Assembly: GCF_036245885.1 (NCBI RefSeq)
Contig: NZ_BTTX01000008.1
DNA length: 64,000 bases
Reading direction: 5' to 3' (one strand)
DNA from: Corallococcus caeni
Lineage (GTDB): Bacteria; Myxococcota; Myxococcia; Myxococcales; Myxococcaceae
Position 1 is the stretch's first letter. Every line of letters starts with the position of its first letter. Under the pieces are notes generated by a model. That model searched no databases. It was not told the origin of the DNA and saw nothing but the letters and a program-made list of their open reading frames with translations. The translations under genes and the position numbers were made by a program. Below are positions 54,733-64,000 of the stretch, one piece after another.

Positions 54733-55610
54733 GGCGTCGTCCCCCGGGTCCCCAGGAGCGCCTTCAGGTACTGGCCGTAGTCGTTCTTCAACATGGGCTC
54801 CGCGAGCGCCTCCAGCCGCGCCTCGTCGATGTAGCCCATGCGGTAGGCGATCTCCTCCGGACAGGCGATCTTCAGCCCCTGCCGGCGCTCGATGATCTCG
54901 ATGAACGACGAGGCCTGCATCAGCGACTCGTGCGTCCCGGTGTCCAGCCACGCGTAGCCGCGGCCCATCAACTCCACCGTGAGCTGGTCGCGGCGCATGT
55001 ACTCCGCGTTGACGTCGGTGATCTCCAGCTCGCCCCGCTTGCTGGGCTTCAGCGCGGCGGCGATGTCCAGCACCTGGTTGTCGTAGAAGTACAGCCCCGT
55101 GACGGCGTAGTGGGACTTCGGCTTCGCGGGCTTCTCCTCGATGCTGATGGCCCGGTTGCCCGGCGCCAGCTCCACCACGCCGTAGCGCTGCGGATCCTTC
55201 ACCTGGTAGCCGAACACCGTCGCCCCGGACGCGCGCCGCACCGCCCGGCGCACCAGCTCGCTCAGGCCATCCCCGTAGAAGATGTTGTCCCCCAGGATGA
55301 GCGACACGGCGTCGCTCCCCACGAAGTCCCGGCCAATGACAAACGCCTGCGCCAAGCCCTCCGGCCGGGGCTGCTCCGCGTACTGGAAGGACATGCCCCA
55401 CTGCTCGCCGTCGCCCAGGAGGTCGCGGAAGCGCGGCAGGTCGTGCGGCGTGGAGATGATCAACACCTCCCGGATGCCCGCCAGCATCAGCGTGGTCAGC
55501 GGGTAGTAGATCATCGGCTTGTCGTAGACGGGCAGGAGCTGCTTGCTCACCACGAGCGTCAGCGGATACAGGCGCGTCCCCGAGCCTCCCGCCAGGATGA
55601 TTCCCTTCAT
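54729..55610 (-). CDS. rfbA: glucose-1-phosphate thymidylyltransferase
   Basis: The ATG at 55610 gives [18 protein letters not shown]...[11 protein letters not shown]...[20 protein letters not shown], which is RmlA. It overlaps rfbC by ATGA. Confidence 0.92.
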   Translation of the reverse strand: MKGIILAGGSGTRLYPLTLVVSKQLLPVYDKPMIYYPLTTLMLAGIREVLIISTPHDLPRFRDLLGDGEQWGMSFQYAEQPRPEGLAQAFVIGRDFVGSDAVSLILGDNIFYGDGLSELVRRAVRRASGATVFGYQVKDPQRYGVVELAPGNRAISIEEKPAKPKSHYAVTGLYFYDNQVLDIAAALKPSKRGELEITDVNAEYMRRDQLTVELMGRGYAWLDTGTHESLMQASSFIEIIERRQGLKIACPEEIAYRMGYIDEARLEALAEPMLKNDYGQYLKALLGTRGTTP

Positions 55611-56521
55611 CCCGCCTCCCCGGCCCGGGCCTCGAGCCAGCTCGCATGGAAGCGCCGCAGGGACTCCGCCAGCGCCAGCGGCTTCTCCGACAGCTGCTCC
55701 CGCGCCTTGTCCGTCAAGAGCCCGCTCTTCAGCGGCCGGGGCGCGGACAACTTCAGGTCCGCCATCCGCGTGGGGACCACCAGGCCCCCGTCGAAGCCGA
55801 ACACGTCGCACAGCGCCCGCCCGAAGGCCACGCGGTCCAGCACCGTGCCGCCGCAGGTGTTCCACGTCCCGCCCAGCCGCCGCTCGCCCAGCTCCACCAG
55901 CATCGCGGCCACGTTGTCCGCGAAGCTCGGGGACACGACCTGATCCTCGAAGAGCTTCACCGGCTGCCCCGCGGACAGCGTCTTCACCAGCCACGCGCCG
56001 AAGTTGAGCCGGCCCTCCACTGGAGGCCAGCCATACACCACCGCGGTCCGGGCAATCGCGCACCCGGGCGAGAGCACGCGCGCGGCCTGTTCGCCCATGT
56101 GCTTCGTCACCGCGTAGACGCCGCGCGGGTTCGGCACCGCGTCCTCGCCGTAGGGCCCCGCGTCGCCGTCGAAGACGTAGTCGGTGGACACGTGCACCAG
56201 GTGCGCGCCGGCCTCGCGCGTCCAGCGGGCCACCGCCGCCGTGGCGGTGACGTTCGCGGCGTACGCGGCCTCGGGCGCCTTCTCGCAGGCGTCCACCTCC
56301 GTCATGGACGCGCAGTGCAGGACGACCTCCGGGGACAGCCGCCCCAACGCGGGCGCCACGTCCGCCTCGCGCGTGAGGTCCAGCGCCTCGTAGTCGAACG
56401 GCCCCAAGGCGCGGCGCGCGCCCTTCCCCACTCCGACCACCGAGTGCCCTCGCGCGGCCAGCAGCGCGCACGCCCGGCGCCCCACCAGCCCGTTCGCTCC
56501 CGTCACGACGAACCGGCTCAT
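55607..56521 (-). CDS. rfbD: dTDP-4-dehydrorhamnose reductase
   Basis: The ATG at 56521 gives [16 protein letters not shown]...[10 protein letters not shown]...[10 protein letters not shown], which is RmlD. It overlaps rfbA by ATGA. Confidence 0.88.
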   Translation of the reverse strand: MSRFVVTGANGLVGRRACALLAARGHSVVGVGKGARRALGPFDYEALDLTREADVAPALGRLSPEVVLHCASMTEVDACEKAPEAAYAANVTATAAVARWTREAGAHLVHVSTDYVFDGDAGPYGEDAVPNPRGVYAVTKHMGEQAARVLSPGCAIARTAVVYGWPPVEGRLNFGAWLVKTLSAGQPVKLFEDQVVSPSFADNVAAMLVELGERRLGGTWNTCGGTVLDRVAFGRALCDVFGFDGGLVVPTRMADLKLSAPRPLKSGLLTDKAREQLSEKPLALAESLRRFHASWLEARAGEAG

Positions 56522-57540
56522 GCTCCGTTCCCCCGGCGTCCCAGCGTCACGGTGCTCCGGTACGCACCGCTCAGCACGCGCTCCCACCACTCCGGATGTT
56601 CCACGTACCAGCGCACCGTGTCCGCCAGCCCTGCTTCGAAGGAATGCGTGGGCGTCCAGCCCAGCTCGCGCCGGCTCTTCGCGGGGTCGATGGCGTAGCG
56701 GCGGTCGTGCCCCAGCCGGTCCGTGACGAACTCGATGAGCGACTCCGGCTTGCCCAGCGCCGCGAGGATGCCCTTCACCAGGTCCAGGTTCTTGCGCTCC
56801 GCGCCGCCGCCCAGGTTGTAGACCTGCCCCGCCCGTCCCCGCTCCAGCGCCTGGAGCAGCCCCTGGCAGTGGTCCTCCACGTGCAACCAGTCACGCACGT
56901 GCTGGCCGTCGCCGTAGACGGGCAGCCGCTGGTTCCTCAGCGCGTTCACCACCATGCGGGGGATGAGCTTCTCCGGGAACTGGTAGCGGCCGTAGTTGTT
57001 CGAGCAGCGGGTCACCACCACGTCCAGACCGTAGGTGTGGTGGTACGCCAGGGCCAGCAGGTCCGCGCCCGTCTTGGACGCCGAATAGGGGCTGGAGGGC
57101 TGGAGGGGCGACGCTTCCGTGAACGCCCCGGAGGGCCCCAGCGAGCCGTACACCTCGTCCGTGGAGACCTGCACGAACCGCCGGACGCCGTGCACGCGGC
57201 AGGCCTCCAGCAGGTGCTGCGTGCCCAGGACGTTGGTGGTGACGAAGACGGCCGGGCCTTCGATGGAGCGGTCCACGTGGCTCTCCGCGGCCAGGTGGAG
57301 GACGCTGTCGATGCCGTGCTCCTGGAGCACCCGGTCCACGGATGCCCGGTCGCCCACGTCGCCGTGCACGAAGACGTGGCGGGTGTCGTCCTCCAGGCCG
57401 GCGAGGTTCTCCAGGTTGCCGGCGTAGGTGAGCCGGTCCAGGTTGACGACCTTCCAGTCCGGCCGCTCGCGGAGCAGGTAACGGACCAGGTTGGACCCGA
57501 TGAAGCCGCACCCTCCCGTGACCAGGACGTTCGTTGACAT
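56518..57540 (-). CDS. rfbB: dTDP-glucose 4,6-dehydratase
   Basis: [17 protein letters not shown]...[11 protein letters not shown]...[14 protein letters not shown] matches RmlB. It overlaps rfbD by 4 nt. Confidence 0.92.
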   Translation of the reverse strand: MSTNVLVTGGCGFIGSNLVRYLLRERPDWKVVNLDRLTYAGNLENLAGLEDDTRHVFVHGDVGDRASVDRVLQEHGIDSVLHLAAESHVDRSIEGPAVFVTTNVLGTQHLLEACRVHGVRRFVQVSTDEVYGSLGPSGAFTEASPLQPSSPYSASKTGADLLALAYHHTYGLDVVVTRCSNNYGRYQFPEKLIPRMVVNALRNQRLPVYGDGQHVRDWLHVEDHCQGLLQALERGRAGQVYNLGGGAERKNLDLVKGILAALGKPESLIEFVTDRLGHDRRYAIDPAKSRRELGWTPTHSFEAGLADTVRWYVEHPEWWERVLSGAYRSTVTLGRRGNGA

Positions 57541-57656
57541 GGACCCAACCTTGGGGGACGCGTGGGCCGCCCTGGCTACTGTGCGGAAGTCCCCCCGTCA
57601 AGGCACGTGCGGCGCCCTTGTAAGGGCGGGCTGGACGGTTGTAAGGGAACGCGCGC

Positions 57657-59306
57657 GTGTCACCGCGACCACCTCACGGCCCGGGCGGCCCCTTGCACAT
57701 CCATCAGCTGGTCACCCGCCTGGCGTGGGGTGACGCGATTGGCAACCAGGTGCGCTACCTCCAGAGCCTGCTGCGCTCCTGGGGCCACACCTCCGAAATC
57801 TACGCGGACTCCTGGGACGACGCGTGCCGCGACCAGGTGCGCGCCGCCAGGAGCTACCCGCGCGAGGCCACCCGCGACTCCGTGCTGCTCGTGCACCACA
57901 GCTTCGAATCGAGGCAGGTGCCGCTCATCGCGCGGTCGCGCGGACGCAAGCTGCTCGTCTACCACAACATCACCCCCGCCCGGCTCTTCGAGGGCTACGA
58001 CCGGGGCGCGGTGCTCGCGTGCGACGCCGCCCGCCTGGAGCTGCTCGCGCTGCGCCCGCACGTGGACGGCGCCTTCGCCTACTCGCGCTTCAGCGCGGAG
58101 GAGCTGGTCGCCGCGGGCTACCCGCGCGTGGACGTGCTGCCCTTCGCCATCGACTGGAACGCGTTCGACACGCCGCCGGACCCCGCGCTGATGGCGGAGC
58201 TGGACGACGGCTGCTCCAACATCCTCTTCGTGGGCCGCGCGGTGCCCAGCAAGTACGTGGACGACGTGCTGCGCGTCTTCACCGCGTACCAGCGCCTGTA
58301 CCAGCCCAAGAGCCGCCTGCTCATCGCGGGCAACATCCACCGCGACGCGCCGTATGGCGGCTTCCTGCACGGCCTCAAGGACCTGCTCGGCCCGGACCGC
58401 ATCCAGTTCCTGGGCCGCGTCAACGCCGCGCAGCTGTCCGCCTGCTTCGCGTCCGCCACGGCCTACCTCTCCATGAGCCGACACGAGGGCTTCGGCGTGC
58501 CGCTGCTGGAGGCCATGTACCGCGACGTCCCCGTCGTCGCGTACGGCGCCGCGGCCGTCCCGGAGACGATGGGCGGCGCGGGCCTCACCACGTTCTCGCG
58601 CGAGCCCATGGACGTGGCGCAGCTGCTCGCGGTGCTGGAGCGCGAACCCGCGCTGCGCCAGCAGGTGCTCACCGCGCAGCGCGCCCGCGTGGCCGCGCTG
58701 TCCCAGAAGGCCGTGGCCGCGCAGGTGCGCACCGCGCTGCAGGGCTGGCTGGGAGGAAGCGGGCCCGGTCCGGCGGTGGCCCCCTCGCAGGCGCCCGCCA
58801 TCGAGCTCGTCTGCCCCGGCTTCTCCGCGCGGCCGGAGGCGCCCATGTCGCGGCTCGCCCGCGAGCTGCACCGCCGCCTGCCTGACTCCCGCATCCTCGC
58901 CCTCCGGGGGCGCGGTGAGGAGCCCGCCCTCGCGCTCGGACCCCAGACGGCCGGGGGAGCGCCCGTCTGGCACTTCACCCCCGACCAGCCCGTCGGCCCC
59001 GCGCCCGAGCCGCTGCCGAGCTCGTCGTCGCTGGAGACGGCGGTGCGGGCTTCATCCGGGAAGGTGGTGCTCCTGGGCGTGGACACCGCCGCGGCGCAGG
59101 CGCTGATGGCCAGCGTGGGGCGCCGGAGCTGGGGCGTGCGCGACGCGGCCGGCGCGTCCGACGAGGCGTCGACGGAGGCGGCCCGGCACCACCTGGGGCC
59201 GCGCCTGGTGGAGCTGGACCGCACGGACCTGGACGCGGTGGCCAACGTCCTGGTCCAGGCCCTGTCATCGAAGAAGAAACGAGGAGCCCGCGATGCACGC
59301 CGCTGA
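57657..59306 (+). CDS. family-1 (GT4-type) glycosyltransferase
   Basis: C-terminal Glycos_transf_1 motifs (ILFVGRAVPSKYVDD...LLIAGN...SRHEGFGVPLLEAMYRDVPVVAY). The start is uncertain and a GTG start is possible. Confidence 0.75.
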   Translation: MSPRPPHGPGGPLHIHQLVTRLAWGDAIGNQVRYLQSLLRSWGHTSEIYADSWDDACRDQVRAARSYPREATRDSVLLVHHSFESRQVPLIARSRGRKLLVYHNITPARLFEGYDRGAVLACDAARLELLALRPHVDGAFAYSRFSAEELVAAGYPRVDVLPFAIDWNAFDTPPDPALMAELDDGCSNILFVGRAVPSKYVDDVLRVFTAYQRLYQPKSRLLIAGNIHRDAPYGGFLHGLKDLLGPDRIQFLGRVNAAQLSACFASATAYLSMSRHEGFGVPLLEAMYRDVPVVAYGAAAVPETMGGAGLTTFSREPMDVAQLLAVLEREPALRQQVLTAQRARVAALSQKAVAAQVRTALQGWLGGSGPGPAVAPSQAPAIELVCPGFSARPEAPMSRLARELHRRLPDSRILALRGRGEEPALALGPQTAGGAPVWHFTPDQPVGPAPEPLPSSSSLETAVRASSGKVVLLGVDTAAAQALMASVGRRSWGVRDAAGASDEASTEAARHHLGPRLVELDRTDLDAVANVLVQALSSKKKRGARDARR

Positions 59307-59748
59307 CCTGCTCACGGCCGAGCCCACGGCCCAGGCCGTGGCCGCCGCCACCGAGCGGCTCCCCGAGCCGTCCGCCGCCGCGCGCGACCACCTGCGCCGC
59401 ACGATGGCCGCGTCGCTGCGCGCCCCCGTCGCGGGCCAGTGGCCGGCGCTGCTGCTGGAGGCCCGGGCCAAGGCGGACGTGCGCTACGTGGAGCCCGCGA
59501 CGTCGCACCGCCCCGTCCTGGGGCCCGTGCTCGTGTTCGCCAAGCGGACCTTCCGCGGCGCGTTCCAGCCGTTCATCAACGAGGTGCTGCGCCGCCAGGT
59601 GCACTTCAACGAGGCCATCCTGGACGCGCTCACCGTCGTCATCGAGAACCAGCGCGAACACGCGCGGACGCAGGCGCTGTGGCGGCGCGAACTGGAGGCA
59701 CGGCTGAAGCAGTTGGAGAAGGAGCCGCCGGGGCCTTCCTCGCCCTGA
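59293..59748 (+). CDS. small hypothetical protein (151 aa)
   Basis: ORF overlapping the upstream GT stop by 14 nt; coding-like but unconfirmed. Confidence 0.4.
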   Translation: MHAADLLTAEPTAQAVAAATERLPEPSAAARDHLRRTMAASLRAPVAGQWPALLLEARAKADVRYVEPATSHRPVLGPVLVFAKRTFRGAFQPFINEVLRRQVHFNEAILDALTVVIENQREHARTQALWRRELEARLKQLEKEPPGPSSP

Positions 59749-59937
59749 GCGAATGGCTGCCTGCTCGACGGACAGCGGCCCTGGCGGGCGTTGACGCAGC
59801 AACCATCTCCGCGCTACATCGGCCCCTCGCTTCGCCTGCCTCGTCAATCCTGAGGGGGATGCCACGGGGAGAATCAACGGCGGCGGCGAATCGTTTCCTC
59901 CGGGCCGCATCCAGCCCACGACGCGAGTTGCCAAGGC

Positions 59938-61215
59938 ATGAAGATCGGGTTCCTCGTTGGGGACATCGCCAATATCTCCGGTGGGTCCAACGTCATCCTG
60001 GAGTACGCCTCACGGCTCCAGGACCTCGGCCATGAGGCCGTCCTCATCACCCCGGGCCCCGTCAAGCTGACGTATCCCCTGTGGCACCCGCGGCTGGCGG
60101 ACCTGCCGCGCCGGTCCCTCGCGGAGGCCGAGGGCGAGTCCTTCGACTTCGCGCTGGCCACCTGGTGGATCACCTTCTACGACCTGTGGCGCGTCAACGC
60201 CCGGGTGTACGGCTACCTGAACCAGAGCCTGGAGTCGCGCTTCCACGCGGAGCGCCACTACAAGCTGCTCAACCGGCAGACGTATTCGCTGCCGCTGCTG
60301 TTCGTCACCGAGGCGAAGTGGCTGGTGGAGTTCATCCAGACGCTGCAGCCCGAGGGGCGCACGCTCTACGTGCAGAACGGCCTGTCCCGCGACCACTTCC
60401 CCTGCGTGCAGGCCCCGCCCCAGCGCGGCGGCAAGCTGCGCGTGCTGGTGGAGGGCCCGTGGGGCGTGGGCTTCAAGGGCGTGCCGGAGACGTTCGAGGT
60501 GCTGGAGCTGGCGGCGCAGGCGGGCGTCCAGTTCGAGACGGGGTGGCTGGCGTCGTCCTCCGGCGGGCAGAAGCCCACCGTGGGCGGGCAGCCGGTGCAG
60601 GTGCACGAGCGCATCCCCATCAACCAGGTGCACCAGGTCTACGGCCAGTACGACGTGCTGCTGAAGCTCTCTCGCGTGGAGGGCATGTTCGGCCCGCCGC
60701 TGGAGATGTTCTCCCAGGGCGGCACCGCCATCACGTACACCGTCACCGGCACCGACGAGTACATGGTGCACGGGCAGAACTCGCTGATGGTGGAGCCGTA
60801 CAACCACCGGCAGATCGTCCAGTTCCTGCGGCTGTTGAGCACGCAGCCGGCGTACCTCGCGCACCTGCGCACGAACGCGCTCGCCACCGCGAAGGCGTTC
60901 ACGGACTGGGAGTCCAGCACGCGCCAGGTGGCCTCCGGGCTGGAAGCGCTGCACGCGGAGGGCTGGACGAACACGCACCTGCGCCCCGCGCTGGCCGCGA
61001 TGTCCACCATGCACGGCCACTGGCTGGACGACGTCTGGCGCGCGGAGCGCGGAGGCCACTCGCCGCTGCACCCGTACGTGGGGCCCGGCGAGCAGGTGCT
61101 GCTGGAGCGCTACCGCCAGTTCAAGAAGTCCCGCCCCGTCCGCGCGCTGCAGAAGCTGGTGGGCGACGACTTGAAGAAGTCCCTCCGCGCGCGTCTGACG
61201 CGAGTCCTGTCATGA
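59938..61215 (+). CDS. glycosyltransferase-like protein (GT-B fold, GT1/GT4-related)
   Basis: N-terminus MKIGFLVGDIANISGGSNVILEYASRLQDLGHEAVLI (GT4 N-domain-like) and a C-terminal EGMFGPPLEMFSQGGTAITYTVTG region. Confidence 0.65.
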   Translation: MKIGFLVGDIANISGGSNVILEYASRLQDLGHEAVLITPGPVKLTYPLWHPRLADLPRRSLAEAEGESFDFALATWWITFYDLWRVNARVYGYLNQSLESRFHAERHYKLLNRQTYSLPLLFVTEAKWLVEFIQTLQPEGRTLYVQNGLSRDHFPCVQAPPQRGGKLRVLVEGPWGVGFKGVPETFEVLELAAQAGVQFETGWLASSSGGQKPTVGGQPVQVHERIPINQVHQVYGQYDVLLKLSRVEGMFGPPLEMFSQGGTAITYTVTGTDEYMVHGQNSLMVEPYNHRQIVQFLRLLSTQPAYLAHLRTNALATAKAFTDWESSTRQVASGLEALHAEGWTNTHLRPALAAMSTMHGHWLDDVWRAERGGHSPLHPYVGPGEQVLLERYRQFKKSRPVRALQKLVGDDLKKSLRARLTRVLS

Positions 61216-62255
61216 GAGTCCATCCGCCCTCCCCCTCCCTCCAGCGCGTCGCCTTCGTGGGCGAGCCGACCTTCGAGCCGCACGTGCCCGTCCAGGCGGC
61301 GTGGGCCGAGGTCCGCTTCTTCCCCGTGACGGCCGGCCAGTGGGAGCCCGCGCTCGACGCGGCCCAGGTCTGGGGCGCGAACGCGACGCTCGTGTTCCGG
61401 CCGCAGGACCTCACGCCGGAGCAGGTGGCGCGGGTGCCCGGGAGCATGCGCATCGGCGTCATCCCCGCGCCGCTGTTCAGCGCGGAGGAGATTGAGCGGC
61501 TCTCGCGCACCAGCGGTCCGGACGCGCAGGGCTTCCGCTGGCTCACCTACCTGGAGACGCCCACGTCGCCGGAGCTGGCGCGGCTGCCGCTGCTGCAGAC
61601 GCTGCCCCTGCCGGTGGACACCGCGCGGTGCCCGACGGGCCCGCGGCTGGAGGTCCGGAGGATGCTGGTGGCGGACTGGGCCAGCCCCTCGCCGGAGGCC
61701 CTGGACGACCTGCGCAAGCTGGGGCCGGTGGACGTGCTGTCCTCGCACGCCACGCCGCAAGAGGTGTCCCAGGCGCTGGAGAAGGCCGGGACGCTCGTCT
61801 ACGCGTCGCGCGACCTGATGGGCCGCTTTGATCCGCTGCCGCTGCTGGCCATGGCGCACGGGCTGCTCGTCATCGCCGACACGGTCTTCGCCGGGGAGTG
61901 GAACATCGAGCCGGAGGACGAGTTCCTCTACCGGCCGGACGGCCAGTGGGCGCGCTCGCTGGACGAAGTCTTCCGCATGCCGGTGTCCTTCCGCGCGGTG
62001 CGCATCCGCGCGTGGCAGAAGATGCGCGAGGCCTTCGACGCGTCCGCGTGCTTCCAGCGCGTGCTGCATGACGCCCACCTGTTCGCGGACCCCGTGGCGC
62101 ACCTGGCGTCGCTGACGCCCACGCGGCCCCCGGTGGCCGTGCCCGTCGCCGTCGAGTCCACCGGCGCGCGCGCTCCGGAGGCCTCCGCCCCGGAGGCCCT
62201 GGGCGCGGAGAAGCTCACGCGTCCCAGCCGCACCCTCGCGGCCGTCCCCAACTAG
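61212..62255 (+). CDS. hypothetical protein, likely a glycosyltransferase-associated component (347 aa)
   Basis: The ATG at 61212 overlaps the upstream stop (ATGA). Coding-like, with no catalytic motif recognised. Confidence 0.5.
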   Translation: MRVHPPSPSLQRVAFVGEPTFEPHVPVQAAWAEVRFFPVTAGQWEPALDAAQVWGANATLVFRPQDLTPEQVARVPGSMRIGVIPAPLFSAEEIERLSRTSGPDAQGFRWLTYLETPTSPELARLPLLQTLPLPVDTARCPTGPRLEVRRMLVADWASPSPEALDDLRKLGPVDVLSSHATPQEVSQALEKAGTLVYASRDLMGRFDPLPLLAMAHGLLVIADTVFAGEWNIEPEDEFLYRPDGQWARSLDEVFRMPVSFRAVRIRAWQKMREAFDASACFQRVLHDAHLFADPVAHLASLTPTRPPVAVPVAVESTGARAPEASAPEALGAEKLTRPSRTLAAVPN

Positions 62256-62276
62256 AGCCAAGGACACCGGAAGCAG

Positions 62277-64000
62277 ATGACAGCCCGCCGTGAACCCGCA
62301 GCGGCCGCGCTGCTTCCCGCCCTCCAGCGCTGGGCGGTGGAGACCGCGCGCGACCTGTACCTGACGCAGAAGGGCGCTCCCGTCGCCACGAAGCACCCGC
62401 GCGCGACGCCCGGCGAGCGCATGTCGGTGATTGCCTCGGAGGCCCTGCCGCCCAACGTGGTGGACGGACTGGCCCAGGCCTCGCGCCTCTTCCGCGCGGG
62501 CGACGCGCCTCCCATTGAATCCTCTCCCTTCGCCACGCTGCGCGAGCGGCTGCTCACGGCGACGGCGGGCTACGACGTGGTGGGCTTCGACGTCTTCAAC
62601 ACGCTGGTGGTGCGCAGCGTGGAGGGCGAGTGGCTCAAGACGGCCGTGGCGCGCGGCTTCCACGCGCGGCTGAAGGAGCTGGTGCACCCCAAGGCCCTGC
62701 CCACGGTGGCCCAGGTGCGTCAGCGCCGCTTCGCCCTGGAGATGGAGATCGCCGGGGAGCAGGTGGCCCAGGGCCGCGACAACGAGGTGGACTTCGAGGC
62801 GCTCCTGCAGCGCTGGGCGGGCAGCTGGGTGCCTCGGGAGCCGATGCGCTCGCGCATGGCCGCGGAGCTGCGCGCGCTGGAGCTGGAGCTGGAGAAGCTG
62901 GCGCTGCGTCCCGCGCCGGGCATCCCGGAGGTGCTCTCCGCGCTGAAGGCCCAGGGCAAGCGGCTCATCTTCGTGAGCGACATGTACCTGTCGCAGCCGC
63001 TCTTGCGTGAGCTGCTGCGGCACTGCGGGCTGGAGCAGTACTTCGACGCGGGCTACGTCTCCATCGACGAGGGGCTGCGCAAGGCGTCCGGCCGGCTCTT
63101 CCCGCGCGTGCTGGAGCGCGAGGGGCTCAAGCCCGAGCAGCTCTTCTTCGTCGGCGACGACGAGAACGCCGACAACGTGCAGCCGCGCCGGCTGGGCATC
63201 TCCACCCTGCGCGTGGAGGACCCGGACGAGAAGGTGCGCCGCCGCCGGCTGGAGATTGCCCAGAAGGCCGTGGAGCAGAACCCGTACTGGGCCGCGCACT
63301 ACGTGGACGTCGTGCTGGGCAACGAGGCCCGCCACGTCCGCCCGTCGGACGACGACGCCAGCTACCAGCTGGGCCGCACACTGGCGCCGGGCATCGTGGC
63401 CTTCGTGGTGGACGTCATCGAGCGCTCGGAGAAGCTGGGCATCGACCACGTCTACTTCCTGGCGCGCGAGGGCCTGACGCTGCTCAAGGTGTTCGCGCTC
63501 CTGAAGGACTCCGGGCTGTTCCGCCGGGTGCCGAAGGCGCACTACCTGTTCGTCAGCCGGGCCTCCACCATCCTCGCGTCCATGCGCGAGCTGAGCTGGG
63601 AGGAGGTGCACCGCTTCTGGCGCCAGTACAGCCGCCAGTCGCTGCGCGGCCTGCTCAAGAACCTGTCGCTGCCCCAGGACGAGTTCATCCGGCTGGCCGC
63701 CGAGTGCGGCCTCACGGACCCGGACCGGCCCATCGTGGAGCCCACGAAGGACGCCGCCTTCCAACGCTTCCTCGCGTCGCGCCGCGTGCGCGTGGCCTTC
63801 CACCAGCGCCGCGACGAGGCGAAGGCGAATCTGTCCCGCTACCTGGAGTACCGCGGGCTGATGGGCCTGGAGCGCACGGCACTCGTGGACATCGGGTGGA
63901 AGGGCAGCATGCAGGACAACCTGATGCGCGCCTTCGAGCACGACGCGCGCTTCCCGGAGCTGCACGGCTTCTACCTGGCCTACGTGCCGGACGGTCAGCC
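62277..64000 (+). CDS. HAD-like domain fusion protein; C-terminus runs off the window end
   Basis: The ATG at 62277 gives an open frame to the window end. It has HAD-like motifs (VVGFDVFNTLVV; GKRLIFVSDMY; FFVGDDENAD) with the second motif-I Asp replaced (DVFNT). Confidence 0.55.
   Translation, partial: MTARREPAAAALLPALQRWAVETARDLYLTQKGAPVATKHPRATPGERMSVIASEALPPNVVDGLAQASRLFRAGDAPPIESSPFATLRERLLTATAGYDVVGFDVFNTLVVRSVEGEWLKTAVARGFHARLKELVHPKALPTVAQVRQRRFALEMEIAGEQVAQGRDNEVDFEALLQRWAGSWVPREPMRSRMAAELRALELELEKLALRPAPGIPEVLSALKAQGKRLIFVSDMYLSQPLLRELLRHCGLEQYFDAGYVSIDEGLRKASGRLFPRVLEREGLKPEQLFFVGDDENADNVQPRRLGISTLRVEDPDEKVRRRRLEIAQKAVEQNPYWAAHYVDVVLGNEARHVRPSDDDASYQLGRTLAPGIVAFVVDVIERSEKLGIDHVYFLAREGLTLLKVFALLKDSGLFRRVPKAHYLFVSRASTILASMRELSWEEVHRFWRQYSRQSLRGLLKNLSLPQDEFIRLAAECGLTDPDRPIVEPTKDAAFQRFLASRRVRVAFHQRRDEAKANLSRYLEYRGLMGLERTALVDIGWKGSMQDNLMRAFEHDARFPELHGFYLAYVPDGQ

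Noticed and set aside
61110-63965. 951-aa minus-strand ORF
   Set aside because: Antisense to the HAD-like and hypothetical plus-strand genes. Extreme Arg/Ala/Gly/Leu bias.

Overview
High-GC (~68-70% by eye) myxobacterial-type chromosomal segment (Myxococcus/Corallococcus-like codon usage; a MYXO-CTERM sorting tail is present). Most of the long six-frame ORFs are antisense artefacts of GC-rich coding DNA, so genes were called by recognisable protein motifs and operon logic. The window holds a core of housekeeping/envelope genes plus two regions worth a second look.

Core genes: an Lhr/Ski2-like helicase, a DUF4142 lipoprotein, a Ser/Thr kinase, a Pat-like ACS(NDP)-GNAT acetyltransferase, an NmrA/LysR divergent pair, a MnmC-like methyltransferase, a Kelch/HYR/MYXO-CTERM surface protein with an OmpA/TSP3 partner, a TetR/FAD-monooxygenase divergent pair with a 17-bp operator palindrome, a Cho/UvrC-N-like nuclease, tgt, an ABC-F ATPase, YihY, and an rmlBDAC operon followed by glycosyltransferases.

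(1) A ~9 kb minus-strand operon (2206-11138) of eleven tightly coupled genes is built around a previously unrecognised paralogous domain, present in at least six copies. The shared motifs are an N-terminal helix (G/A-x-A-I-A-[ED]-A-Q-x-x-L-D), a central L-G-F-x-P-x-F-Y-x-F, and a C-terminal K-Y-x-[YF]-x-x-x-G-x-S-x-x-x-x-x-L-V-x-[VLI]-P-[PA]-P-P. The copies carry different C-terminal fusions (an OmpA-like peptidoglycan-binding domain, one PASTA domain, an Ig-like domain); a seventh gene is PASTA-only and lacks the shared domain. The operon also encodes a TPR protein, a protein with five ribosomal L7/L12-CTD-like repeats, and a Met/Asp-rich coiled-coil protein. I interpret it as an undescribed peptidoglycan/envelope-anchored multi-subunit assembly.

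(2) A lower-GC island (~37.8-52.4 kb) contains a 1734-aa DUF4011/Upf1-like helicase with a DUF3320/DUF559 (Vsr-like) nuclease end, a membrane-anchored DUF4041-T5orf172 (GIY-YIG-like) protein, a SIR2_2 protein, a B12-binding radical SAM enzyme, a predicted pseudokinase and duplicated Cys-rich lipoproteins. Its first ~9.4 kb is bracketed by two copies of a ~60-nt terminator-like repeat. It looks like a candidate anti-phage defence island.

No rRNA, tRNA, CRISPR array or transposase was recognised.
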